Notes under the pieces: model-generated | What the model was told of the DNA's origin: nothing | The model's input: the letters and a program-made list of their open reading frames with translations, nothing else | The model's database searches: none | DNA from: Euprymna scolopes | Taxonomy: Eukaryota | Direction: 5' to 3' (one strand) | Assembly: GCA_053919585.1 (NCBI GenBank) | Contig: CM132800.1 | DNA: 64,000 bases | Translations under genes and position numbers: made by a program | Part shown: positions 26,789 through 39,891 of the stretch, piece after piece | Position numbering within the stretch: the first letter of the stretch is position 1 | How the letters are laid out: the number at the start of each line of letters is the position of its first letter

Positions 26789-27266
26789 NNNNNNNNNNNN
26801 NNNNNNNNNNNNNNNNNNNNNNNNNNNNNNNNNNNNNNNNNNNNNNNNNNNNNNNNNNNNNNNNNNNNNNNNNNNNNNNNNNNNNNNNNNNNNNNNNNNN
26901 NNNNNNNNNNNNNNNNNNNNNNNNNNNNNNNNNNNNNNNNNNNNNNNNNNNGGCCCGCATATGTACGTTTCTCGATATAGTGGCATTGGGAAAATTGTCA
27001 TGGCCATAGAGCAGATAATTCTTGTTTTCTGTTCGCTGGGTGAAAGATAGCATCACGTTAAAATTCGATATTATCGTAATGATGAGTAAAAGAAACCGTG
27101 ACAGGCAATTGTTGTAGGGTTTCTTGAGAGACTTAGAAACTGAGATGATAAAACGCTGCCAGGCAAACATCACCTTAAGTGCCCTGCCCGTGCCAAAACG
27201 CACGTTACTATATAAACATATATTAACGATACGCATACGGAAATAGTCACCAACTGTAATCATTAC

Positions 27267-27336
<70 letters not shown>

Positions 27337-27502
27337 TGAATAAGAAGTTCCCTAGGGTAAAATATAAACTGATAATTTTACTATTGGAATCAAAATGGTG
27401 TGAAGACGTAAATTTCCATGATCGGCTTCTTTCGCCAAAAATGAAATATTAATAAAGAACTAAATCAATAAAGTATGATACGTTGGCAAGATATGAGAGT
27501 AG

Positions 27503-27556
<54 letters not shown>

Positions 27557-27561
<5 letters not shown>

Positions 27562-29337
27562 CTGGGGAGAACTTAAGAAACATACAAAAATGCACATTTT
27601 TTCCATATTCAGAAAACTTGTATTCCTTTCAGATTCAGGATTACTTCTGCATGCTATTACTAGGTGACAAATATATATTTTATAAGATGGCAATGAATTC
27701 GATAAATTTGTAATGAAGGAGATTTTCTGTAGTTTTCACTGGTCAATACTTTAGCAACTTCGGCGAATTTTATTGAAATCTAAATTCTTATGATGATTTA
27801 TTTTCCATTACATTATACTTTTTTATGTAGATATGATAGTTGCGTCCCCTTCGTGAAGCTATTTACTCCTTTTGTACTCAGCCGGAGGTACACAGGTATT
27901 ATCTTCCTATTTCTCTATAAAAGAAGCAGAACGTTGCCAGGGGGCAATCTGAAACTGTTTATGCACACAACAATAGACAGGGTGCTAGTGTTCGTGATCT
28001 TACATCGAGTCTGTCAACTCACCCAGTGCTAGAACGCAACTATATACTATAACAACTCTATAATATGAACCATTTGTTCCTATTTTCGTGATGGGCAAAG
28101 GTAAACAGCTATCAGAATCCGAGTGAATAAAGATTCTTGCTTATCGGAAGCAGAAGGTAACGATTAGTACACTACCTGAAAACAATTGGAAGGTCTACTA
28201 AGGCGGTGCACTCATTTCTGAGCAAGCCAAATTATTATAATAAGAAACATCCTGACGGTCGCTGCAAAAATATAAGCCCAGCAATATGTAGATGAATTCT
28301 ACGAACCATAACAACTATTAAAGGCATGTCTAGGTCAAAGATTGAAGCTGAAAATTAATGCACCTTTCAGCAAGAACAGCTAGGAAGTTTTTTTTAATAG
28401 AAGTAAAATGAAAAATAAAATGAAAGATTAAACAGAAACCAAGACTTTTTAAACGCCACACAGAAGCCAAGTTCTCATTTGCGAAAAAGTACCACATGTG
28501 GGGCAATGAATGAAGCAATGCTTTGTTCTCAAACGAAAAAAAAACTTAGACGGTTCATATAGTCTTTAGTATTATTAGCATGATCCAAAAAGTATCGAAG
28601 AGTCATTTCTGTTAGATCTAAAGGACGTGGAGGACTAATGGTTTGTGGACCGATGTCAGCAGCGGGAAATACGAACGTAAAAGTGGTCAAGGGGAGAACA
28701 AGTGCATCTGGATACGTGCACATGATGTGCAATTCACACAATCTGATGATCACGCATAACTTAAAGATGAAGGAGAAAGGTTATGTTGAGAAAACTGGGT
28801 TTATCAGCAGAATAATATCCCAATCGACACTGCTAGTTGCACTAGCAAATTCTTTGTGAATGAAGAGATCATAATTCGTCTTTGGCCGGCGTGGTCACCT
28901 GACGTGAATGTCAATGAAAATTTACGGGGATATCTACTAAGATTTTTTTACGAAAATGGAAGTTATACGATTCTGGTAATGACCTAACTAAAGCAATATT
29001 TGATGCATTCACAAGTAAGCTCACGGATTACCTAACAAGTCTGCTTTCCAGAATAAAAGTAAACAGAATTCTTGAAGTACTAATAAACAATGGGCGTGCA
29101 ACATATTATAAGAGGAAATTTTGTTTTGGAAACGGTTTATTATTAGTTTCTAAAGTTTTGTCAAACCCTTCCTTGTTAAGATTTACATAATTTCTATTTC
29201 AGTTCTCAATTCTATGGATATTGTTACTTTAATAAATAGTATTGTATTGCTGCAAATATACCGTCATGAAGCATAATGGAGTACATCAGAAAGAAAACCA
29301 TCTGATAAAAATGTGTTTCTAAAGTAATGTCCAGCAA

Positions 29338-29339
<2 letters not shown>
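27557..29339 (+). mobile_element. Decayed full-length Tc1-family (Tc3-like) transposon
   Basis: Short TIRs TATTGCTGGGGAGAACTTAAGAAACA / TGTTTCTAAAGTAATGTCCAGCAATG in dinucleotide repeats. Pseudogene from 28091: MGKGKQLSESE..., KPRLFKRH..FSNEKK, GGLMVCG, YQQNN, WPAWSPDVNVNEN. Confidence 0.88.
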
Positions 29340-29404
<65 letters not shown>

Positions 29405-29406
<2 letters not shown>

Positions 29407-29917
29407 GGTCACTAAAGGGTTTTGAACTTAAATGAATTCTTTAACTTTTGATGGTATATTTCTGTAGGTGTAACACAATCTGATTAAGATATTAAGCAAT
29501 TTAAAAAAATGCCAAATTCATACACTCTTTATGAAAATTAATTTCATTTAAAAGTTATTTTTAGCGATCGCATATTTGTGCTGTATGCAATACATTATTC
29601 ATGATAGATTGCAGAATCTCTGGATTGCGATTTAACTCACTTTTTTCCCTGATGTTTTCTTTTAATTATTGCAGGGCTTGTGGGTAGACGTTTCGAGGTG
29701 TGCCAGCTCGCGGAACGAAATACGCAATTAAATCGCAATCCATAGATCTGCAATCTGTCACGAATAATGTTTTATAAAGAGCATTATTTTTTCATAAATA
29801 AAGAGAATTTGAATTTTGTATTGATAAAAAATGTTCCAATGTCTCAGTCAGATTTTGTGAAAATAATAGAACGATATTCTCAAAAACAAAGAATGTTCAA
29901 GATCTAAAACCTTAACT
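29405..29917. mobile_element. Long palindromic MITE, possibly Kolobok-type; right end in a gap
   Basis: Arms of about 230 bp pair imperfectly, e.g. ACATTATTCATGATAGATTGCAGA / TCTGCAATCTGTCACGAATAATGT and CACAATCTGATTAAGATATT / AATGTCTCAGTCAGATTTTGTG. The left end ATAA|AGGGTCACT resembles TTAA|AGGG termini. Confidence 0.7.
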
Positions 29918-30749
29918 NNNNNNNNNNNNNNNNNNNNNNNNNNNNNNNNNNNNNNNNNNNNNNNNNNNNNNNNNNNNNNNNNNNNNNNNNNNNNNNNNNN
30001 NNNNNNNNNNNNNNNNNNNNNNNNNNNNNNNNNNNNNNNNNNNNNNNNNNNCGTTAAAAGAATTTCATATATGTACGCACCCTCCTCGTTTTTTATAAGC
30101 GGAATTTTTGAATTAGCAAATATGATTTTTGGCAATTACTTGGATGTCGCTATAATAAAAAAAATGAAAATTAAACCATTTTAAAATCAATTATTCCAAA
30201 ATCAAATTTTTCTGTGTAATATAAATAAATCAAAACTCGTTTAAAGATATATTTGTAAAATTGCATTAGATATATAATTTATAAATTAAACAACTATAAA
30301 CCTGATTATTAATTTTGAAAAGAGAATGCATAAACCCTTTATAATTTTCTCATTCCAAATATTCGTGTTGTCTATTTTTGAATATTTAGTTGGCAGTTTG
30401 AATTATTGTTTACAAAGAAGAACCAGTTATTTTTTAATCAAATATTATGTAATAAACATTATTGTTATTTTTGATATTATCTCGATAATATTGTACAGGT
30501 TTATGTAAATGGCGTTTATTAATTACGGCAGGATCCGGCTAGCATAATTAAAATCTTTAGTAAATTAATCTCTACACTATTTGACCCCTCTTTGGTGGGG
30601 CTTTTAGCTCCCCACATATAAGTATTCATGCTGTATTATTTGTTCAACTAGAAATACACTTGAAATCAAGTCGGTGATGTGTTAGTCTTGTAATTCCAGC
30701 GTACATCCAATCTTGAAATTGACAGGTGTTTAAAAAATCTCATTACAAT

Positions 30750-31610
30750 CAAGATTCTCAGGAGCAAACACTTAAACTATTTTACCAACACTGTTATTTG
30801 CAAAATGAAATTATGATGTCAGTACCTTTTTTTTATAATATGTATACATTGCCTCTCTTTCGATGATGGGAGGATTGTAATCTAGCTGTGATCGGGTCGC
30901 GGTCGGCGACAACCGTAAAAACTGCAATTTGAACTCCATTAACGTTGAACTTAAAAGCTGAAGCCTGCTCTATGCACCAATCAGCTTTACTCTCGACATT
31001 GTCGATAAAGAGTCTCCAGTTTATAATGCCCGTTAAATTGTTACATTAATAAAGAAATTCAATTGTTATGAAAAGAATATGCCAGCCATTAATTGCAAAC
31101 AAATGTTCAATTCGAACACAGGTGCCCTACCAGAAATGACACCGAGAGAGACTTCCAATAGAAGACTCAGCAGAAGATATAGGCAATGACGTATCAACCC
31201 CTATTGCTTCATATGGTTTGAAAAAGAAAATGAACAATCTCTGACTGTGACCACGAAGAGGCGATACTACATACTATTTGCTAATAATGTGCAGACACAG
31301 AGGGAATAATAAAGATGAATAATGTTTGAGACAATACGGTGCAACACATGAAAAAGTTCCACCGAACGCAAATTCAAGTGAATAAAATCCACAAGAAATA
31401 TAACGGAATTGAATTACCCGGAGTTTATCTCTGTGGGTGTACCAAAATTACGATCAAACAATTAGTAAAATATTAAAAGAAGACATTAGTGCTAATATAA
31501 GAGTAATCTTAAAAGTTAAATGTGTTGAATAGTTGAGGAATTGGCGTGTTAAAGTTTGCCTTTAGCTCAGCGATACCCATCTAGAGGATATTTTACACAG
31601 AAGATGACCG
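30750..31610 (+). mobile_element. Heavily decayed mariner-like transposase (rosa/DD41D-like)
   Basis: Fragments YWFEKENEQSLTVT, LRQYGATH (cf. FQQDGAT.H), P.F.LWG, LKEDISANIR and HLEDIL. TIRs not resolved. Confidence 0.55.
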
Positions 31611-32509
31611 TTGATGAACGTGATTAATATTACTGAATTTTTCACGTATGCCCATACAAATGTTACATCTTAAATTCCCAAGGTTCTTGAAATTTTATAT
31701 GTGCTGATAACTTCAATAAAACATATAACTTCTGTAATTTTACGATGATAATTCATTTCTTACTCTCTCTCTCTATCTCTCTCTCTCTCAATCTATACGT
31801 CTCTATATATGTGTAACATTATGGAGATGGGCTTCATATATATTGTGTTAGTGTGTTTCGTGTTACTAAATGTCTATATAGTGGCTTCTTCACTATCTGA
31901 ACCCTAATTTAGCGTGTTCCAATCTATTAAGGTTCCGTGATTGGATTAGTGTGTTGCGAGCGTGTGCTGCAGACGAAACATAAACACATACATGTATTTC
32001 GATATACATCATCAACTTTTCAATTGCGTCGTCGGTCTTTTGGTCCACCTGGGAATTTCATCTTTTCTTGGGTATAAGCTAGAACTTGTGGACGAATGCA
32101 TTTCACTCTAATTCGATAGTTGTTTTAAATAGTTTTTTTTTTATTACTTTTTAAATGTTCATCGTAGAAGAATAGGAAGTGAATAGCTTGCGTGTGGGTT
32201 TCTCTTGGTCTCCAATTTTAGGCACGTCAGCTCCCTCCCGGTGAAAGGAGAACGTCTTGTTAAATCGCCTGCTCTGTTTGACGTCTTCTTTCCAAATCAT
32301 TTATTTTCTTAGCTAACTAGAACACGTGATAACATACATGTACTTCCGATCAGTTTAACAGATGCTTCCAATGCACGTGTTTAGTTCACACTTTGCCAAG
32401 TTTTTACAACTTTTATGAAAACACAACTTCACATCTCATCTCTTAATTATCTCGGCAGTGAGATAGATAGTTAGATCGATTGATATATATATAAATAGAT
32501 ATTTAAATA

Positions 32510-32792
32510 AGTCGCTTAAACAAAGGAAGTGCTTATTTTGATTAAATTTAAACTTGACACAGCAAAACATTACACTTGCATGTAGGATCTTATATAACCA
32601 CAAAAGCCGAATAACCTGACATATAAAAGCAACAGAGACCCAGTCGAAATGAATGAGCCTATTTAAAGCAAAATTGCACCGACTGACGTGATTGAAACAT
32701 TAGCGATTTCACCGATTTCGATAACATAAATATGGGAGTGTAAAATATTCGCTGATCACCATTTAATTTCAGGAAACATCGGGTCTCCCCAC

Positions 32793-32795
<3 letters not shown>
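32510..32795 (+). mobile_element. Non-autonomous Helitron 3' fragment
   Basis: Homologous to 40130-40689 (ACCACA.AAGCCGAA..CCTG.CATATAAAA; CGATTTCGAT). Ends GGAAACATCGGGTCTCCCCA-CTAG|T. Confidence 0.7.
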
Positions 32796-32877
<82 letters not shown>

Positions 32878-33540
32878 TGTGGGTTAGTGTGTGTGGGTGT
32901 TTGTGTGTGTGTGTTAATGCTTAAAAATATTATACTATAACACAGCTTTATCTGTTATTGAGTGCTATTTTACAACTACTATAGTTTTATGTGATTAGTA
33001 TATAGAAATAGCAAAATATCATTGCCATACATGTGCGTATGTGGGTGTGCCTGCAATCTTTTTTAGTGAATCTATCCTAAATCTTCATCTTTAAGTATTT
33101 TCACAAATATTTGAAGAACCAATCTGACAAAGTGATTGCTTAAGCAAACTCCTGTTTGATCGATTTGTACAATCAGACTTATTTGATAATGGATCAATTA
33201 CAAAATGGGACTAGCAATAACAAACAAAGTAACACTTGATTCGAAACGAATCAATTGAGTGAGAGAAACATTAGTGAAGCTTGCAGAATCTAGCCAGATC
33301 ATTAAAGATAGATTTGTATGTTTTTCCTAATGAGAAATGGTGTCCCTAGACACATTACTGTATTAATACCTTTGAGGCAGAAATTAATTTGAGAACATTC
33401 GTTACAGTTATTGAAAATGCACAGAATATAATATTGTACTAATCGTATGGTACAAATAAACATGTCCACATATGTGTAGGTTTTCTTCTAACATTAATTA
33501 AAGGAACAGTTAGAAGTATGGTACTCACGGTCATCATCTG

Positions 33541-33985
33541 GCTTGCCCGGACCAATGTGATTCTGTTCCTCTCCAGAATTTCCCGTCTTCTAGCAGCTGC
33601 CTCAGATCTTCAGCTTCCCAGTCGGCGTCGTGTGCTATTTTTTGGATGCATGTTGATCTAGGTCGTCCTTTGCTTGCGTGTCCGTGTCATGCAATCCATA
33701 ACAATACATTACTCACTAATTCATACTTGCCCCTCAGACAGCGATCGGCAAATCGTAGGCGTCTCTCCCTGAGTCTACTACATATGGCGGGTAGGTTGCC
33801 ATACAGTTGCAGCTTCTTGGGATGATTTTACCAAGATACATTTTATACCGTTCGTAGTATATGGGTGGGCGTGGCGCACAGGCTAACTGACAAACTGAAA
33901 AGGCAGTTCTTCAGGGCAGTGGGAAAGGCTATCCGTGTTTACCGTGCTACAGCCTAAACACTCACAAAAAGATTGGAAGAAAACT
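33541..33985 (-). mobile_element. 5'-truncated RTE-X LINE with an inverted 5' segment
   Basis: Minus strand 33860-33541: ILRTV*NVSW*NHPKKLQLYGNLPAI..RERRLRFA..LVSNVLLW..HGHASKGRP..EDL. Plus strand 33861-33985: LTDKLKRQFFRAV..A*TLTKRLE, the segment immediately upstream in RTE-X ORF2. Confidence 0.85.
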
Positions 33986-34450
33986 AGTATTGTACTAGGT
34001 ATCATAATCTGCAACCAACATCTGTGTTACAAGACAAAATGAAACATCTTCTTGTACTGAGTTATCGCTTTTGAAACTCCTGACTGTTACGGTTCATACA
34101 CACATTATTCACCTGTTCATCCTTCATTGTAACCCAGGTTTCAGCGTTTCCTTTTTTTTTATAGTGACGGTCTACTTTTAAAACGATTATGCGTTGTTTT
34201 ACGATTACGCATGGTTTTATAAATTTGCAAGACGAACTTAGAATTAGTGATAAGAAAAGGTAATAAACGATGATCATTTAAGGTTGAATCTATCTACAAA
34301 ACTGATCTCCCACGCTAAATTATAAATTAATTACTATTTATTCCCGTCAATGGTTTCTAAGTCGTTTGGACGTAATAAACAGAAGATCATCGAGTGTTAA
34401 TTTAGCTGAGATGGTTTATATACAAATTTTCAATTATGATTATTTTGATT

Positions 34451-34496
<46 letters not shown>

Positions 34497-34989
34497 AAAT
34501 ATCAGGGAATGAGAACTATATTGAATCAACGTTTGGAAAAGCTGATTTATTCTGGATAGCGAAAAAAAAATTGGACAGAGAAACTAACACGCAGCAAATA
34601 TGAATCTTTGTGAAATCTATTGGATCGTAAATATAGAACTTACCTACATGAGATAAATTAATAAGTACTAATAAATTCTGAGAAAGTAACATTGTGCTAA
34701 ATATTTAATAATCTTTAATTTACTTCTTCAGCACATCTTGGCAAACAGTGACCTTCATTATTTTGGTTCTGTTTGTGTCGAATGTTCCTATATTTTATGT
34801 ACAGTTTAGCGTACAGACTTATTCAGTGAAGAACCGCAGCCCGTGAAAATTGCTACAAGTCCCTTTCTTACAACATTAAAACAATGATCATATGTTATTA
34901 ATATAATTGTATACGAAGGCTATGCTACATCAATGGAAGATTATTCTTATATTCTTTCCAGGATTGCTGCAGGGTCCCTTTTAAATACA

Positions 34990-35230
34990 AAGGTTCATAC
35001 TGTTCTAGATGTAAGAGAGCCTTCTACTCCAGTAGTTTCTTTCCCAGATTCTCTAGACTTTGGAATTCCCTTTCGGGTACCTGCTTCCCCAACTGTACGT
35101 ACATGCAGAAGTTCAAGTGTACGTGGACCGACAACTTGCTGCCCAACTCCCCACATAGTACCCCCGTAGCTTATGTTCCTGATAGTAGCTCACTACATCA
35201 AAGTAGAAGAAATAAACAAAGCAAAAATAA
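34990..35230 (+). mobile_element. CR1 extreme 3' fragment
   Basis: Colinear with 35805-36010 (CTAGATGTAAGA.AGCCTT..AGACTTTGGAATT..CATAGTACCCC..GATAGTAGC..CTACATCAAAGT). A-rich tail. Confidence 0.8.
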
Positions 35231-35509
35231 ACAAAGACATTTTTTGTAATAAATGAGCTTTTTATTGTATTTTTTATTCAACGAAAACGTTCAAAACAAA
35301 ACAAATAATCTAAGTTGTTTTTTTTTGTTTAAAGATTTTGTATAAAAAATTAAAGAAACTCTTTTTCATTTTCAAGAAAAGGGGTTAATAAATTGTGGGT
35401 TTTTGTTTCGGTAAAATCCTTTTCTGGAATCGTAGGGATATATCGTCTCTATCAACTTCGCCACGAGATCCCAAGCAACAAGCAAAAGCGTGGTGAGATA
35501 GAAACTATG

Positions 35510-36055
35510 AATATAGTCACAATTCATCCATGTATGGAATACTGCTTTCACACTTGGTCTGGTGCATCTGCTACTAGTCTCTTACTTCTGGACAGGATCC
35601 AAAAGAGAGTCGCCAACCTAACAGGTCGTGAACTGTCATCTAAACTTCAGCTCCTGTCCCACCGACGAAATTTTGCATCCATCTGCCTGTTTTACGAGTA
35701 TTTTAATGGTGAATGTTCTGAGGAACTACAAGCACTTGTATCCCCTCAACGAAAATACTGCGGACAAACCCGACAAGCAGCAAAGTCCCGCCCCTACACA
35801 ATTGAGATTCCTAGATGTAAGACAGCCTTTTACACTAATTGCTTCTTCCCCAGAACTGCAAGACTTTGGAATTGTCTTCTGGTTTCCTGATTCCCCAACT
35901 ATACTGATATGCAGAGGGTCAAGTGTAAAGTGAACAAACATCTTGCTGCTAAACTCCGTACATAGTACCCCTGGGACTTAGGTCCCAGATAGTAGCGCCC
36001 TACATCAAAGTGGCAATATGTCTTGTTTGGGGTGAAAATGTAATTTAAAAACAAA
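35510..36055 (+). mobile_element. CR1 (Zenon-like) ORF2 C-terminus plus 3' UTR, 5'-truncated
   Basis: IHPCMEYCFHTWSGA..LLDRIQKR..LSHRRNFASICLFYEYFNGECSEEL..FFPRTARLWN. Confidence 0.9.
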
Positions 36056-36431
36056 GGATAACAGTTCGTAAATAGATAAATAAATAAATAAAATACTGAT
36101 CTCAAAGGATTTCGATGAATAATTTATAAAAGAAAATATGTCCAACCGCATTCCCAGTATATAGCGATTATTTACTCTCTTTTAAAAAGATAAATTAGAA
36201 TATAGCTGCCCACAAGAAAATAAATTAACCATACAACTATATGACCGATATGGAGAATTAAACTATAATTCAGAAAAAATAAATTTGCGACAAGCTTGTT
36301 CAGAAGATGTTGAAAACGCCAAACAAAAAATGTTGCAAACGCCAAACAAAAATAGAATCAGACAAACAAAATCCAGTGAAAAATGAGACGACAATCCATG
36401 CAAGCACGTAATAGTCAAGAGATGTAATAAC

Positions 36432-36819
36432 TAAGACTATGACAATAAAATATTAGTTTCATTGTTTTAACTCGAGTATAAAGGGTGTCCATAAAGTTAC
36501 TATAAGTCTTACAAGTTACTATACAGATACCCTGTAATATATTAACAGTACAGTAAGATATTGTATTAAAATATTTATATCTAACAAAAGAAATAAAAAA
36601 GAAATAACACCTTTATGTTTATAAAAATCTCAGAAAATACACGTGTTACATCCGAAAGAAACAAGACTGTATAATAACTTTACGAGCACCCTGTATATCC
36701 GACACAGTTAGACACAGTTAATCAACCGAGAACCACATAACTCTATATAAAAGCATGTAAGATATCAACGGATACACACTCAAAACAATGAAAAGAATAC
36801 GGTGTTGTGCCTAGCCCTA
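36432..36819. mobile_element. hAT-type MITE, family copy 2, carrying a nested insertion
   Basis: TAAGACTATGACAA...TTGTGCCTAGCCCTA. 8-bp TSD GTAATAAC/ATAATAAC. Confidence 0.85.
36481..36693. mobile_element. Tc1/mariner-type MITE (213 bp) nested at a TA site
   Basis: TIR AAGGGTGTCCATAAAGTTA / TAACTTTACGAGCACCCTG. Comparison with the empty site in the 54710 copy (GAGTATATATCCG) shows a TA duplication. Confidence 0.85.
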
Positions 36820-37364
36820 ATAATAACACAATACCATTACAGTTTAAAACATGATCCGACTTTTTATTATTGAATTTGCATACGTAAAGCAAACTGGCTT
36901 TGCAGAAAACATTAAAACTCGTCCCGGGCGTGACGGGCGAACTGATATAAAATTCTTGAATATTGTCTTCACAGATATAGAGATTAAAGATGTATCTGAA
37001 TTGTTAGATGTTTGTATTCTCTCCTACCAATATAAATGAAGAGAGAACCCGTTTTCGTTGTTGTTTATTTTGTTTAACATTAAACATTATTCCCATATTT
37101 CCCTAAAGATTAATCATGGAATCATATAGTGTTTGCTTGGCTTGCCACCCTTAATATAGTAATTCTTCAATTAACCACAGCGACTTTCTCAAGAACCAAG
37201 CAGATTTTAAAACTGCTGAAGAGTTAAAAATCTAATTTAGATATCTATATTTGTAATCAAGACAAGGATACAGGAGTTGTATGATAGATCGATCGGATTA
37301 CCAAAGAAAGAGGTTATCCATTCACAACGATATATTTGAATTCCATAAACATGGCCTTGTCGAT

Positions 37365-37700
37365 TTTTTCAAATGACTCACCGCTTATCAAAGCCCGGAG
37401 GCACTTAGAGGATAAGGGTTAATGCATGTAAGGTGGTAGTTTAGTAATCCATAATGGTGTAGATTGAGTACAATTTGGATTATTTAAAGGGACAACTTAA
37501 CAAGAACTTGTTTACCTTGGACATAAAGACTATTATACTGTAATGGATCGGGAGGCCGGCAAGTGGAACACTGTTCCGCAGGCGGCATTTATAGGAAAAG
37601 AGGCTTTGTTCATGGAATCTACAGATAGAGGGGGTGGGAAATCGTTTATATTGGTTGTGGCTAGTCAAGTGTTTTATGAAAGCTTGTCAGAACAGAGTGC
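37365..37700 (-). mobile_element. CR1 3' end (second 3'-UTR subfamily)
   Basis: HEQSLFSYKCRLRNSVP..HYSIIVFMSKVNKFL. The 3' UTR TAACCCTTATCC..GGGCTTTGATAAGCGGTGA plus A-tail is shared with 38095, 62446 and 63059. Confidence 0.7.
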
Positions 37701-37859
37701 TTTCCTAAGACAATAGCCATTCATGTCAATTAGGGTAAGATAAAGGTTAGATGTATTAAATTTACCAAACAATGGATTCCCTATTGCCCCACGTACTCAA
37801 GATCTGACACAAATAAAAAAAAACAAAAAAAAAAAACAGAAATATATTAATAGTTGTCG

Positions 37860-38090
37860 GCCTTTGAAGTGTTGGCATTAATTATGCTGCCGTCTACATA
37901 TTCTTCAGCATACACAGGTACATCTTGATGTTGACTATCATGTAGACCTTGAAGATCTGAGTTGATATAATGTGATCGTCATTTGAAACCACCAAAGACC
38001 ATAACGTTAGACGGAAACTTTGTTTTCATCACCTTCAACAGGTCACTGTTATTCGTGGCAATCCAGCTCTGCATTGTCAGGATTCTTACA
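37860..38090 (-). mobile_element. maT (DD37D)-like transposase fragment
   Basis: WIATNNSDLLKVMKTKFPSNVMVFG resembles the V.KTKFP..VMVFG motif of DD37D transposases. Confidence 0.65.
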
Positions 38091-38094
38091 ATGT

Positions 38095-38270
38095 CTTTTT
38101 TACATAGGATACGTACTTATCAAGGTCCGGAGGCCACTCGAGGATAAGGGTTAATGGGTATACATTAGTCAATGTGATTATAGCGTAGTAAACATAAGTT
38201 TGGAAGTTTGTACATTGGATTATTTAGGGTGACGTTTTATTAATCCTGTTATCATAACTTAGTAACGGTA
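38095..38270 (-). mobile_element. CR1 3' UTR fragment
   Basis: CTTATCAAGGTCCGGAGGCCACTCGAGGATAAGGGTTAATG matches 37385 and 63059, preceded by a T-tract (A-tail on the minus strand). Confidence 0.65.
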
Positions 38271-39891
38271 GAGAGCATAAGGCGTACAGCGGCGCATCTC
38301 CGATCTTGCTTGTTGAACATTGTGTAACTATCAGACTTGATAGAAGGTTCCTATCTCTCTTGGGATTTATACACAACTAGTCAACTAATAGATGGTCTGC
38401 AACAACAAAAAAAGGAAAGAAAGCCGGTTTTCATCAAAGGAAAATGGAATTATCTCATCTTTACTAGATCGAGAATTTTATCGTTCCAAGCTGTATGTTG
38501 ACGAGGCGTTTGCTATTTTTGCATCCCAAATTAAACGTCGGAATTCTTTAATTTCTGAATACTCCCCGTGCGTATCAACAGGTCATTATGGAATGTGAAA
38601 AGAATAACTTCCTTTTCTTTTTTGATGTTTTTTCAATGTTCTAAAGGTGACTTTCTAACTCGACTATGTACGAATTGGTCTTCTTTTATGTCAAAATCAC
38701 GAAAGCCTGACATTATTCATATGTTGGTACATCGAGTTACTATGATTCATTTACAATTCGTGGAATCAACACTAGTTAGAATAGGGATATATTAAATAAT
38801 ACTTGTTATCTGAAAGACCTTATTAATAACTGTATTAACAAGAAGGACTATATATTTTAAGTCCCCTAAAATATTTGGATATTTAAAATGACATGTTTAT
38901 GTGAAATTACCATAGATAGGCGACAATAGCATAAATTTAATAAACACATTTATATAAGTGTTATTAATAGCTTCTACTCTTGCTTTCTTTTTATTCGGAT
39001 TATATATGCAGGCATGCATATTCTACTTTTTACAATAATAATGTGTGCCTTACATATCCTTCAGCCTTCAGTAATAGTGTTTATCAACTCAAATGCAAGG
39101 GAGGTGATGATTATCTAGGTTCGACTTTTTGCTTTCGAAGACACGTATAAACAAGCACATTCAATCTATGATTAAACAGGGACGGGCAAAATCCGCCAAC
39201 ATCGTTTTCTGTTTCGACTTTGGACGCTACATTTGCTTGACATTTGGTTGGGCATCTCTTCGTGCAAGTACGTATAAAATTAAGTGGCTTGAGGAACTAC
39301 ATAGATACAATTCCCAAAACTCATTAACATTTTGGAATCCGTTTCTACCGTTATTCGCAAACTTTCTTCGTATCTGTAGAGAGTTTATAAAGCGTTTAAT
39401 CCCTTTTGAGAAATTCGACCCCTCCGTATTTCCCCTACGCCATTTTAAGCGTCTTTTACACAGATCTTTATTGCATTGTTAATTTTAATCGATTCTAGCT
39501 CTTCAAGTTTCTCCCATTTTATTTTCGTCAATTTATTTGGAATTATACTATTGATTTTCTCCTGACAAGATGATAGTTAGATAAGGTCTAGAGAACTTTC
39601 GGCCTATCGTGCTTAAATCTGTTTACATTTATATCATCCTCGTATAAACTTATGTATAATCAGATTCTATATATATAATGATTTTGATGATGCTTCTCTG
39701 ACAATAATGTCCATGTCTCATTCAGAGGGTTACAAAATTTATTATAATATCTAACTATCTAAATAAATATTTATGTTATCAATCTATTGCTCGAACCCAT
39801 ACCACTTATACGAATACAGCCCAGATAAAAAGTAGAATACTTTTACAGAATATAATATAAAATAAATCAAGCCACATAAAACAACTATACA

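Noticed and set aside
35393-35890. 165-aa ORF as a host gene
   Set aside because: The sequence is the CR1 ORF2 C-terminus, and related fragments recur throughout the window.
37379-37400. CAC-starting TIR (Transib/Chapaev) shared with 38113 and 62446
   Set aside because: Every copy is followed by an A-tail and at least two adjoin CR1 coding remnants, so it is a LINE 3' end.
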